Below, one piece after another: positions 36,590-49,262 of a DNA stretch of 64,000 nucleotides. The stretch comes from Felis catus. Taxonomy: Eukaryota. Below the pieces are notes generated by a model that had not been told where the DNA came from, searched no databases, and worked only from the letters and a program-made list of their open reading frames with translations. The stretch spans positions 97,652,001 to 97,716,000 of the forward strand of contig NC_058368.1 of assembly GCF_018350175.1 (NCBI RefSeq), in the 5' to 3' direction. Position numbers and translations under genes: made by a program. Position 1 is the first letter of the stretch, and each line of letters opens with the position of its first letter.

Positions 36590-39222
36590 GAGAAGCCGGT
36601 TTTAGAGGCCAGGAGAATGAGACAGTGGTCAGCCACGTCTGAGGAGAGGCTTTGCTGCCTTCTCTTTGGGGTCTCAGCAAATGCTCGGAGCCTAAGATCT
36701 CATCTGCTAAGGGATTAGACCACATCATGAACATTCAGTCAGTACTGCGTGGGAATGAGGGAAGGTGTGCAGGCTGTGGGGTGACTGTCCCAGCTGTGAG
36801 CAAGCGCCCGTCTCCTGAGGAAGGGCTACTCCCATCATCTCCATTGGTGCACACCTTCAAATCTTAGTTGCCCCCTGATTCCTTTCTTGATCTGCATCCC
36901 GCTCACCTCAGCCCTGTCTCTCTCTGTGGCGTTGGCACGGTCAGCCCTGGGTGCGTGAGGCTAACAAGTGAATCCTGGCAGGAAATTTAATCCAGCTCTT
37001 CACATCAGGAAGAAGCTTTGGCCAACCTGAGAATTAGAGAATGTTTCTAGCTTCCCTTTCGCCTTCACATCCTCTCCCCTGCCCCCAACCCCATGCCTTT
37101 TCTTCCTGAGGGCCTGTCTTAGAAATCTACCGATGTATCTGCCAGGGACACCCTAGATTTGACAGGCTTTCGTCTTATACGTATAACGTAGGATTTGGGC
37201 CACACTAAGTAGTTGAGCCATCCTGAGAAATTTTATGTTTCTCCTGTTGGTCACAGCAGTGGGAATATGCTGGTCCCTTGTGAGAACCGATGAGGGGATG
37301 CGTGTGTCAGTGATAAGACAGCTTCACTCAGCAGGTGCTGGGTGAATAAGGAGGTTTATAATGACACCCAATGACAGAATGCGTCCGAGGCCTGCCTACG
37401 ATATTCAACCTGATGAAGGCCTCAGTGCACGTTCTGTAGAGAGCACGGAAGGGTGGGCTTGTCCCAAGGAACTTCTTTTCTTCTGTGAAGTTACTCGATA
37501 AAAATGAGATACTACTGCACTGACCGTTCTCTTTATTGTAAAGCGCTTATAACACCGTTTTCTCCTTTCGAGGTTTAAAATTAAAATGAAGTCAGTTACG
37601 AAAGAGCCAGCATGGCAATGGACCCCTCCCCAGGATCCCGAGTCTAAATGTCTGACTCCAGTCCTCCTGAGAAAGGAGATGATAGTCAAAGAGGTCTCTT
37701 GGGAGAGTTTTCAAGGAGTTAGCCTTGAGGGGCAAGTCACATGTACTGAGCGGGAACAGAACCCTTCTAGAAAACCAGAATAGCAAGGAGCTTTGAGGGA
37801 GTGGCCACTGGACAGATTTCAAAATTTCAAGGGAACAATGAGGAAGAAATCGTGAGTGGGAGCCTTGTGGAGAGGGAGGGGGCGGGGATCCAGCCCTGAT
37901 GTGGAGGTTCCAAGGGCAGGGGTAGGCATGTGGAGAGACAGGAAGGGAGGAGTAAGGAAATAACTCTGGGACGAGAAGGGAAAAAAACAAAAACAAAACT
38001 TGGGCAAAACGAGAGAGGTGAGCAGCGGTGTAACTGAGATAATGGGGTAAGACGTTTTGACAGTTTGGTCTGTTGGGGTGTGAGTTACCAGTAGGCCGGA
38101 GGGTGAGCTGGTCTCCCAAGTAGGAGGCCCACTTGGAGGCAGCGGAACAGTGGCCTGTGGAGGACACAGGAGCTCTGTGGCTCTTCCTGGTGGGTGGGAT
38201 GAATGCCAGGCCCATAAACAAGGACGTGACGCTGAGGAATGCTGCTGCCTTTCCAACTGCTGAATCGGGGCCAGTCAGAAGCCAGGGCTGTGTTGTCTTG
38301 GCTTGGATTTCTAGCGACGTTCATGCTGGGTTATAAAAATGATTTCCTCAAAGAGCTTGCAAATGGCAGACGATGAGTTAGAAAAAGGCAGGAAAGCCAG
38401 CCTGTGGGAGTCGTTTCAGAGCCCTCTGCCGGGTCGTGCCATTCCCTTTTCTGGAAGGCCTTCGGGTGAATGGCGGTTGGAGGAGTAGAGCTCCGTCACC
38501 CCCTCCCAGTAAAGCTGTCCCTCCCTTCTGGGGGGTCCACGAACTAGCAAGTCTGACAGTAAGCAGGCTCACTGAAGAATTTCAGGCTGAGGGGTTTTTA
38601 TAGGTGGAACTGGTTTAAATTATTTGGCTCGCTCGACCATAGCTGACTTGATGATCTGACTGATAACCCCAGACGCACAGGAGCAACTGCATAGGAGTGA
38701 GTATTTGATGATCCTGCTGTGGCCCTCCATCCCAGCATGCTTTGCGGTTGCCCCCTCTGTGCCTGGGGTGCGGGCGTGTGGGGGGGAGGGGGTGCTGCGC
38801 CTCAGGTTTCTCTGTGGTGGCACTTGGGCTGGCTTGTTGTGACACGCGTAAGGGTTAATCAAGTAAAATTATAATTGCCGTGGGGAGAGCCAGCCTTGCT
38901 GAAGCCTGACAGCCCTCAGGGTGGCCCGGGATAAGGTCCTTCTTCCCATCCTTAATTGTTTTCCTCTGTTTCCCAAACATGCGTTCTTACTGTCACACGG
39001 TGGTGGTAGACCAGTGGATAAAAGTTTACCTTTCTGCTCTATATTTTAGTCCTCTGCATTCATGTTTTTGTAAAATTCTCAGGCGGCCCTTCCTTTACCC
39101 TAGAATTAGACCATATTAAGAGGAAGGAGGATTTCGTTGCTGCTGCTTAGTTCCCTGAGATAGTCTGCAGTCTTTGGACACTTTTGTAGATGAAGATGTG
39201 GGCTGCCATTTGCACTATTAAT

Positions 39223-39425
39223 CTTTTTTTTATTTTTTTAATGTTTACTTTTGAGAGAGAGAGACTGGGGAAGGGGCGGAGAGAAAGGGAGACACAGAAT
39301 CCGAAGCAGGTTCCAGGCTCTGAGCTGTCAGCACAGAGCCGGACGTGGGGCTCGAACTCAGTGCAGTGAGATCATGACATGAGCTGAAGTCTGACGCTTA
39401 ACTGACTGAACCTCCCAGGCACCCC
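39223..39425 (-). mobile_element. Can-SINE
   Basis: TSD ttgcactattaatct. Confidence 0.92.
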
Positions 39426-40256
39426 ACTTGCACTATTAATCTAAAGGGTGGGAGTGAGAGAGCTGTTATATTTGGTAGGGATGCTAGAATAGTCCAGAAA
39501 CTACCAGCAAATAGTCTCTTAAAATAATATTGTCTGTTCTTTCATTTTTTTTTCTCCATGGCACCATCTATCCCTCTTCTGTGAAATAGTCAAACCTGTT
39601 TTCTTTGTATATCTTTTAAAGCTTCAGTTAGCCAGATTTTTTTCCCCTAATGTTCGATGCTGTTTTTTATTCCATGAATAACTCAATTCACTAAATGTAG
39701 GCAGCTACTAAACTTGGCAGATTGTTGCCATCTTCGTGCCCCTGGACAGGAAGTGTTCTGTATAGATATGACTAACCAGTTTCCAGGCTTAAAAATAAAG
39801 TGGGGGATTTCTGGACAGAATAGGTCTTTGTCAGTCATTTCAACATGCCCGCTAAGTATGAAGCTCCAAGCCAGCCACTTAGCTCTCTCATTTTTTCCGT
39901 GCTCTCACTTCACCTGACATTTTCTGTTCTACAGATTGAAACTGATTTTATGGTGTTCATTCATTTTTAATGAACTAAGAGGGTATTTGAATTGTCATGA
40001 GAATCTTCGAGAGTCCTTATTCTCTCCTTGCTGCCTTTTATCTTGAGCTCCTTTTAAATCATCACCCTCCCGAAGTACGTAATGGGGAAATGTCGTTGGC
40101 ACCTGGGCAGCTCTACATACTATGTCTCTTGTGTTCTTGAATCTAAGGCCCGATGGAAAGAGCCCTTTTTTCCCCAAAGTTACTTCCAGTGAATGTAGTG
40201 ATTCTTAAATTTCTTTTGTCATGAAGCCCCTTAACTGCTTTGGAAGAATTATACCA

Positions 40257-40433
40257 TTTTTTAAAATGTTTATTTATTTTTGAGGTGGGGGGGGGGGGGA
40301 CACAGAATCCGAAGCAGGCTTCAGGCTCTGAGCGGTCAGCATAGAGCCCACTTGGGGCTTAAACCCACAAACTGCAAGATCACAACCTGAGCCAAAGTCA
40401 GACACTTAATGAACTGAGCCACCCAGGCACCCC
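40257..40433 (-). mobile_element. Can-SINE
   Basis: TSD taccatttt. Confidence 0.9.
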
Positions 40434-40621
40434 AGAACTCTACCATTTTGACAGATACCAGAAGGCTTTTCAGCGTCTTGTCGCCTACAGCTCTTATTTC
40501 AGGACTTCACAGATAACTTCAGATCTTATTTTAAATAATGTAATTTTTCCCTCCCTTAATGGAAATACTGTTTCTCTTCTTTCTTTCTTGCCCTAAACAT
40601 CTTTCTTTGGTCTTAATTCTT

Positions 40622-40846
40622 TTTTTTTTTTTTTAATTTTTTTTAACATTTATTTATTTTTGAGACAGAGAGAGACAGAGCATGAACGGGGGAGGGGCAG
40701 AGAGAGAAGGAGACACAGAATCGGAAGCAGGCTCCAGGCTCTGAGCCATCAGCCCAGAGCCTGACGCGGGGCTCGAACTCACGGACCGCGAGATCATGAC
40801 CTGGCTGAAGTCGGACGCTTAACCGACTGCGCCACCCAGGCGCCCC
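40622..40846 (-). mobile_element. Young SINEC_Fc-type Can-SINE
   Basis: CpGs largely intact, TSD ctttggtcttaattctt. Confidence 0.95.
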
Positions 40847-41253
40847 ACTTTGGTCTTAATTCTTAACACCATAGCATTTCATAGAAATGCTAAATTAGAT
40901 ACAACATGTATTAGATGAGACTGTCTCTAACAACAACAACAAAAAGTGTTTCTCTCTCCGAATCGTGAACTTTGAGCAAGGGTTAGTCTTCAATGTGAAG
41001 ACTGCAATTTGTTTTTCAAATAAGAACATATGCCAGGTAATGATGATTTAAAATACAAAATGCATGTAAATGCTTTTCGATTCTTTGGGACAATGAGGCC
41101 TCATTTGCCAAGTTTAGAAATAAGTCATAAATCCATAAAGAACAAGGTTATGGTAACTATTCTTGGGTTGAAAGTGGCCGTGACTCAAGTTCTTATTCTC
41201 TCATGCCTCCTCCTTGTTGTCTCCTGCTCTGTTATGAAGACTAAGGCAGGACA

Positions 41254-41500
41254 GGGGAACCTGGGTGGCTTAGTCGGTTGAGCATCTGACTTTGGCTCAG
41301 GTCATGATCTCACAATTCACAAGTTTGAGCCCTGCATTGGGCTCTGTGCTGACAGTTCAGAGCCTGGAGTCTGCTTCCGATTCTGTGTCTCCCTCTCTCT
41401 CTCTGCCCTCCCCGGCTTGCGCTCTGTCTCTGTCTCTGTCTCTGTCTCTCTCTGTCTCTGTCTCTCTCTCTCACTCAAAGATAAGTAAACATTAAGAAAA
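41254..41500 (+). mobile_element. Can-SINE
   Basis: Head, (CTCTGT)n tract. Confidence 0.9.
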
Positions 41501-41507
41501 TGACTGA

Positions 41508-41710
41508 GGTACCTGGGTGGCTCAGTTGGTTGAGCGTCCGACTTTGGCTCAGGTCATGATCTCACAGTTCGTGAGTTCCAGCCCCGCGTCAGGCTCTGTG
41601 CTGACAGCATGGAGCCTGGAGCCTACTTCGGATTCTGTGTCTCCCTCTCTCTCTCTCTGCATCTCCCCAGCTCATGCTCGCACTCTGTCTCTGTCAAAAA
41701 TAAATAAACT

Positions 41711-41742
<32 letters not shown>
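41508..41742 (+). mobile_element. Can-SINE with (AAAT)n tail
   Basis: Tandem to the previous copy, TSD aatgact. Confidence 0.9.
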
Positions 41743-41743
<1 letters not shown>

Positions 41744-44007
41744 GACTAATGTAAGACAGAGTAAGCAACCCCTGCTATGATTGGGTTAGAGCTTGATAAA
41801 AGAAATCTCGTCTTTTGAAAATACAGGACTCCTGTATTTGTGCTTCAAATACCCTGTATCTGTTCTAGTAGGATGCTTTCAAAAGAAAAAGGGAAGTGTT
41901 TATACAAGCTGAATTTTCATTGAATAAAATGTTTCCTTAATCGAAACTGTTCATTTCCTCTGTCTTTGTAGTAATCAAGACTCTTGTAGTGGAAAGAATC
42001 TTCTAGTTTTTATGATGATGGGAATGTTGTAGGCAAACAAAAAATGTTTGATGACTAATGGAGTATGAGAGTAGGCATATGGTCCAGGGGTAGAATATTT
42101 TGCAGAATTAAAATCTCTGCTGTTCTCGTGAGATTTACGGATCATCCAAACATTGCTGATGATCCATCATTTGTGCTTGCTGTCTCATTTTTAGGTACGG
42201 GGAGGTGTTGTACTTCATAGGTAGTTATGCCACGCATGGTTCCAGCAGCCAAATAAAACCAAGATGGACTGACTTTCAGAATGAACTGTGAATATGGGGG
42301 GCGTTTAAGAAGTCCTGGTAGGACCTTCTTTTTTCTGGTTCCCTTTGAAGCCATATAGGTGATGTTCAGTTTCCTAGCTGCTGTTTTGAACCACAATAGC
42401 CAGGCCTTAGCTCAGCATAGACCCACGAGAGAGCTTTAACCAGACCAGGTCTGTTCAGGCTAATGGAGGCCATAACAGGGTAACTTCTTACTCTATTGAA
42501 AAATGATGGTAACTGGAGAGTTGTCTTTCGGATTGGGGCCAGATGGGCTTTATTATCAAAACACTTCCAGCACATCTTGTGGGGCAATGGAAAAAAGGAG
42601 TGGTTTGGGTAGCCCTGGGTGTTTGAAATGCCTGCCTTTTTTTTTTTTTCCCCCCCACTGCTTTTTTTGTTTGTTTGGCCACAGAAACATCTTTTTGTTT
42701 CAGTTCATCAGAATTGTGTACCTCTGGGGTTCTTCCTGGGTTCCAGGCCTGGGACATGGATCAGCCCAGAGAAGCTTATTACTCTTAAGTCTACTTTGAC
42801 ATAAATAATTACTTTATTGGAATAAGTACTTTAAAATAGGTACTTGGTTGGGTAACAGGGAAAGAGGATAAATTCAGATGTGAAATTCTTTAGGCTGAGT
42901 AAAGCAGGACTTTAAACCTGATTTAATGCTTTTAACAATTAAAGCTCCAGCTTTCATTTGTTAGTTTATACCTGGGGGATGAGAAATGGGCTTTATCAGG
43001 CTTTGACAGCAGATTAAAGACCTCAACCCTTTTTGAACCATCAACATACATGCTCTGAAGTTCTATCAAATTATGAGTGATAAAGGCAAGCTACTGGTCA
43101 AAATGATCTGAAATGTGCTTGAAAAAAATCTTGCCTCTAAGACCAGAAGGGACCAAAGCAGTGGTCTTTCTAGGATTTGACCACCATTTTACAATGAGGC
43201 CAGAGACCAAGAAATAGCTGTTACTGAGACCTCTTCTGACCCAACACCAGCCTCCAGGCCTCTCCTCAGTACCCCTAATGATTTAAAAAAAATCTTAAAA
43301 TATTTCAGATTCTTTACCCTCCATCAAAATGCAATGAGCCATAAGTCAGCTCAAGAAAAGATGGCCCAACCCTGACTCCTCAATACTTTGTTAGATGCCA
43401 TTAAAACCTTAGAGAGCTGGGATGTTATTAAGGCCTCCATTTGGAACCTGGAATCTTAATCCAAGAATTCTATAGCTTTTTTTGTTTGTTTGTTTTTTGC
43501 CCATATCTAAGATTGCTCTGTTTTGTGATAATACCAATTTAATGCAAGAAAAATACTCATAGATGCTAGACATGTGTATTCAAGATTTAAATTCCTTTCG
43601 ATGTCAGCTAGAATCTCTACACATTTATTTAAACATGGTTTCTATATTTTGGTGGGGGCAGCATGTCAAATAGTTTTATTTTACTCTGTAGGACGTAATG
43701 AAAAACATTTTTTTATTTTGATTCATCCGCAGGGAAAATATAGCAGAATTCATTTTGGGTATTTGCTGTAGAATGTGCCCTGCCTTGGAATGTGGGTGGA
43801 GTTCTGGCACTTGTGTATTCATATGTGTTGAGGGAATAAAGGTATAGAGAAACACGTGTTCACTGCCTATATAAAGACCAGCTGTACAGCTGATAGTTTA
43901 AAAATAATGTATGAGATGACATTTATGTCCAACAATAGCATCTGTTTCCTTCATTCCAAGGTCAACAAATGGCATTAAAGAGAGATTCTGAAACTGTAAG
44001 AGAGAAA

Positions 44008-44038
<31 letters not shown>

Positions 44039-44295
44039 GCCAAATCCATTAACTCTACTCACCAACCTTTTCGAAGCAGGAGTGTAAACGTAATGGCATA
44101 AATGGAAAATTAACAGGAGATAAGTTCAAGGGGGAAACTGGTTAGGGTAAGTTTTTAGATTTAGAAACTTACACCAATCATACACTTGGGACTTGATTCA
44201 TCTTTTTCCCATTATCTATTGTCTGTTTACAATATACATTGTCTCCCATCTTGGAGATAAATCCATTATTATTTTTCTAAAATATCTTCTGCCTT

Positions 44296-44550
44296 GGGGC
44301 TCCTTGGTGGCTCAGTTGGTTAAGCGTCTGACTTCGGCTCAGGTCATGATCTCAAGGTCCATGAGTTCGAGCCACATCTGGCTCTGTGTCTACAGCTCGG
44401 AGGGTGCCTACCTCCCCACCCAGCAGCCCAGAGCCTGCTTCAGATTCTGTGTCTTCCTCTCTCTCTCCGCCCCTCCCCTGCTTGTGTTCTGTCTCTTTCT
44501 CTCTCTCTCTCTCCCTCAAAAATAAACATTAAAAAATAATAATAAAATAA
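44296..44550 (+). mobile_element. Can-SINE with non-SINE internal insertion
   Basis: TSD aaaatatcttctgcctt; foreign segment at about 44401-44429. Confidence 0.9.
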
Positions 44551-46005
44551 AATATCTTCTGCCTTTTGCAGCAGTGAAAATATTAAAAATTATGTGAATA
44601 AGAAAATTTCAACGAAGTGTGTTGTCTTTCTCCTTAGACACAATATTTTAATTGCAGGTTCTGTTACATACTGAAGAACTTACTATAAAATAACTACTTG
44701 ATATGATCAGTAATATTTCCCAAAGATCTGACCATAAGCCTTGCTAATCAGTTAAGTCAGTAAAATTATAGTCATGGCTTTATAAACTGAGTTTTAGTGG
44801 GTCTCATAAGGCCTCCAATTTTTAGAAAATCACTCTAGATACCAGAGAAGTACAAATTGACCATCATAAGTTGTCTTTCATATTTTTTTAAAGGTTTGGT
44901 TAGTTCACTCTGCTTTTATTTGCTTATGGGGATCTTTGTCTTATGTCCGTTAGCCAAGTTAACCCTGGTAGTGTGGACTGATTGGTCCCAGGCATGCATA
45001 ACACCTAGAGTCATCATCATACAAGGTGCTCAGCCCCTTTGCCCGCTCCAGAAACAAAGCCTCACCACCTACCTCCCCACCCTCAGCCTGCTAGGCACAC
45101 TTCCTAACCTTTAAAACAAAAACTGACCTAAATACAATAGCTCTTACTTTTTAGCACACCAAGAATGACTTCCCCATAGTAGTTGTATTCAGTGTTTGTA
45201 ATACCCCCAAATTTAAGGCAGAACTAGGACATATTACAGTTCATTTAGGAAACTGGTTTCCAGTTTTTAAAATCACCTCAAAACTCTCCCCACCAGGGAG
45301 TCAAAACCGCCACACGCCAGGAATCTGACCAGAAATCAGTTAACGCCGGTAGCCTTCACCAGAAAAGGACATGCCATGTGGAAGATCCATCCTGTATGCT
45401 TGAGCGGTTTTCAGTCTCCAGGAGCTGTTGGACCTACACATATGGAAGTACATGTGGGAGGACTGGCACATCCGGACTAGAGAGGTTGAAGAAGGGCTGT
45501 CTGTGGCTGAATGGTTGGGCACAGCTCTTGAGATATGGATCGCGTTGGCAGGAGGCTTTGGAAAGGAGAAGCATGGGTTTGTTTTCCAAAGCACGGAACG
45601 TGTGCTCCAGTGACTGATTTGGGGAGGCTGCAGGCATAGGGTTAAGTCACCTTCAATCACATTACAAGATTAGTCCATTTCAGTTCCCTTCGAATACTTT
45701 GCATCATCCACAGGGAATGCCTGTATTTGAGGCTCTCTGACTTTTGCCACCTTACTCATGCTGACTCACCTCCTTTTGTATCATGCAGGTAGACATGAGG
45801 CTCATGGTCTTCCACAGGCAATGATATCTGGTTAGAAATGAAGAGTATTTTTTTTCTCATCTAATTAATTTTTATAATTAATTTAACAATTAAAAATTTT
45901 TAAATTATTTTTATCATGATGATATGTGTAAGGGAGGAGTACCGGTCATCATTCACATAGTATATATGATTCCCTTTTTAAAAATATTATTTTGCGGGGC
46001 GGTGG

Positions 46006-46247
46006 GGGGTGCCTGGGTGGCTCAGTTGGTTTTGACTTTGGAAGGTCCTGATTTCACAGTTTGTGAGTTTGAGCCTTGCATTGGGTCATGATCTTGCGGT
46101 TTGTGAGTTTGAGCCTTGCATTGGGCTCTGTGCTGACAGCTCAGAGTCTGGAGCCTGCTTCAGATTCTGTGTCTCTCTCTCTCTGCTACTCCCCTGCTCA
46201 CACTCTGTCTCTCTCTCGTCCTCTTAAAAATAAACATTAAGAAAAAA
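46006..46247 (+). mobile_element. Can-SINE with internal 40-bp tandem duplication
   Basis: gtttgtgagtttgagccttgcattggg occurs twice. Confidence 0.9.
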
Positions 46248-46884
46248 TTTTTAATAATTTTAATAATATATTTTAAATATATTTAAAAATTTTAATAATA
46301 TATTAAGTAGTCACAAGGAAATAAAATACAGTAATAAGTAGAAAACAAAAACAAGTTGTAATGGTGGTCCTCGAGGGACACGGGTTTGATGTTACTAAGG
46401 TAAATATAGGATGGCTTTCCAGGTGAAAAGAGAGACTTCAGCAAAAATCTGGGGTGGGAAATACAGGCGTTTTGAGGAAAAGGGGAATAAAGAAGTTTCT
46501 GGAAGCCCATAGATCCCTTGGAGCTTCAGAACTAGGTAGTCAAGCCTGCTTATCCTTGATTGCCAGCTCAGGGAACACAGAACTGTGAGCATTTGGGAAT
46601 CTGCCAGAGTCACACCCTAGGCTGTCCTAAAAGTGATTCAGAGTGGCTTGAGTGCCTGATCATGTAAAGTAGGGGTGGTTAACTCATTTGCCTCGGGTCA
46701 TTTCCTGGCCAGGTGATGAACTGTAGGGCCTGTTTCCCCCCCAACGTTGAGCATCCCCCCCTCCCCACAATGTTGTCGGAAGTTCAGATTTTCCTTGAGA
46801 AGCTGGAAACATGAATTTCTTATGTCCGTGCTCCCAACTTTTACATGTTGTTCGCTAATTGCAAAAAGGATTAAAACATTATGA

Positions 46885-47040
46885 GGTCCTATTTCGGGAC
46901 TGATGACAATGTCCTGGAAGGAGACAGTGGTGATGGTTTGCACAACATTGTGAATATAAGGAAAATCACTCTGTACAGTTTTACAATGGTGACAATGGTG
47001 AATTATATGTGTTATGAATTTTATCTCCGTTTTAAAAAGA
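46885..47040 (+). mobile_element. L1M 3' end fragment
   Basis: gtggtgatggtttgcacaacattgtgaatata...ggtgaattatatgtgttatgaattttatctc. Confidence 0.75.
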
Positions 47041-47123
47041 AAGACGCATTGGGGAGACCCAACCAAAACATGTTACTAGCCCGACGTGTGTAATCTCTTC
47101 TTTAAATGAAGGAATTATTCCAT

Positions 47124-47315
47124 GGGTGCTTGGGTGGCTCCATGAGTTAAGTGTCCGACTCGAGATTTCCACTCAGGTCATGATGCCAGGATTGTAGGGT
47201 CGAGCCCTGCATGGACCTCCGCACTGGGTGGGTAGCCTACTTAAGATTCTCTCTCTGCCTCTGCCCCTCTCCCCCGCTTGTGTGCACGCTCTCTCTCTCT
47301 CAAAAATAATAGAGA
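47124..47315 (+). mobile_element. Can-SINE (older)
   Basis: Diverged head, CT tract. Confidence 0.82.
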
Positions 47316-48615
47316 AAGGAAGAAAGGAAGGAAGGGAGGGAGGGAGGAGTTACTCTTTGCTACATTTGATAATTCCAGAATCACAAAGCACCTTTCCACA
47401 GAGGAGCCAGTGGCCAGGAGCTAAGGGGATCACCTTGAAACCCTTTGACCTCCAGGCCTCAGTGTTTCCACCTGTAGTCTCCACAGTTTCTTGCAATTCT
47501 AGAAACAGGACAGGTGATAGGCATGGTGAGAAGACAAACAGCGACCTTAATTCTGGAGCGCCGAACTGTAGGGATGAAACGGCAAAGCTTCGAGAAGGTG
47601 GGGGCTGCCAGAGTATTTTAGAGAAGTGATTTATTTTGTTGCTAGTTGGCAACTAGTCGTAAAATTGGTAAGTTAGGTTGTTTGCCAAAGTTTATTTTAC
47701 CCAAATATCTGCCATTAGGGAAGTAATCCATCTCCAGGACAGCAAGTTCATGTATTTAGAGAAACGTTTTTCAGTTCTTACAAAAGAATGACTGTATTGG
47801 TCTTTTTAGTTATTTTCTTTAACTGAAAAATGAGTTTAATATAGCAAGTATGTGTCATCAACATCAAAGGTTTATAATTATCTTGACATCACTATTTTGT
47901 CTCTGTGGTTTTCGGACAGCTTTATTATTTTTAATTCTAAATATAATTTTAAATTAGCTGATTTCAGGAAGGGTAAAATAGAAAGTTTGAAGGCTTTACA
48001 ATAGGTCCTAACTTAATTTTCAACTCTTTCTTTCTTAATAAGCTACCAAAGACAAGTAGAGTTCATGCTTTTCAAAATTTCCAGTTTCTTTTACATTTAT
48101 TCTAAAAAAAGGGGGCCTTTTTTCATTTTAAAAAGCAACCTCTACCCTAAAAACAATTATCTTACTATCTATGCAGAGTGTGGGTTATTTAGTAATTTGA
48201 AGTTCCAAATATTATCAAAAGATGATTATTTCAGATGCCTATCTTTGGTTATAAACTGACTCATTTAGAATAAACTTTTTCCAAGGGTTTACTTCACAAT
48301 ACTTGTTCTTAGGTAAGAGTATTTGAGATATGATTCCTAAGTAATAGTAATTGAATTCATTTATTGTCTCATATTTTGCTTGTCTTCACAGAAAAGCAGT
48401 ATTTCTTCCCCACTCCACCTGTATCTTTTTTCCCACCACCCCTCTTCAATAAGACCTGGGAATTTTTAAAGCCAGCAGATACATTGTAAAGAATAGTTGA
48501 CTATTTATTACATGAAGAAATAAATAATCCCAAGGGTTTTACTTTCAGAGAAAATGGAAGCAAATAAACATGATATGAAAGAGTTTGCATTAAGAGTTAG
48601 AGACAGCATAGAACA

Positions 48616-48823
48616 TTTTTTAATAATTTTTAAAAATGTTTATTTATTTATTTTGAGTGAGAAAGAGAGATAGAAAGTGAGCAGGGGAGGGGCAGAGAAA
48701 GAGGAGAGAGAGAGAATCCCAAGCAGGCTCCACACTGTCGATAAACTTGCAAGCCGTGAGATCATGACCTGAGCAGAAGTCAAGAGTCAGACACTTAATC
48801 GACTGAGCCACCCAGGCGCCCCC
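48616..48823 (-). mobile_element. Can-SINE
   Basis: TSD atagaacattt. Confidence 0.9.
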
Positions 48824-48939
48824 AGTATAGAACATTTCTGACTGGGTTAATCAATAAAGGCTTCACAGAAGAGGTGATATTTGGGATGAACTGTAGGGGA
48901 ATGGACAGGATTTCCCCCCAAGATGGCTCCCCCTTGCTT

Positions 48940-49056
48940 CCTTCATGTCTATGCTTGGTATCATCCTTTCAGAAAGGCCTTCCCCCAAGTACCCTGTATA
49001 ATATAAGTGTAGATCCTCGAGTTCCCACTCCCCTCCTATTCTGCTCCAAAGCATGC

Positions 49057-49090
<34 letters not shown>

Positions 49091-49262
49091 GAGGTTTTTT
49101 TTCTAGCCCCTGTCACTACTGGACATTTTTATGCACATGTTATTGTGTGTCTTAAGTCTCCCTGTACTAGAATCTGTGCTTCTTGAGAGCAGGCACTTTT
49201 CCCTGGCACACCGTAGGTGCTCCATAAAATGTGTTGAATGAATGAATGAATGGATAAATGAG
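48940..49262 (+). mobile_element. L2 3' end with embedded (CA)n
   Basis: ctggcacaccgtaggtgctccataaaatgtgttgaatgaatgaatgaatg terminus; (CA)n at about 49059-49088. Confidence 0.75.

Noticed and set aside
37592..38256. 209-aa and 145-aa minus-strand ORFs
   Set aside because: No recognisable domain and low-complexity Pro/Ser/Leu composition, antisense within an intron.
45340..45660. Overlapping ORFs suggesting a processed pseudogene
   Set aside because: No recognisable protein, poly-A tail or TSD.
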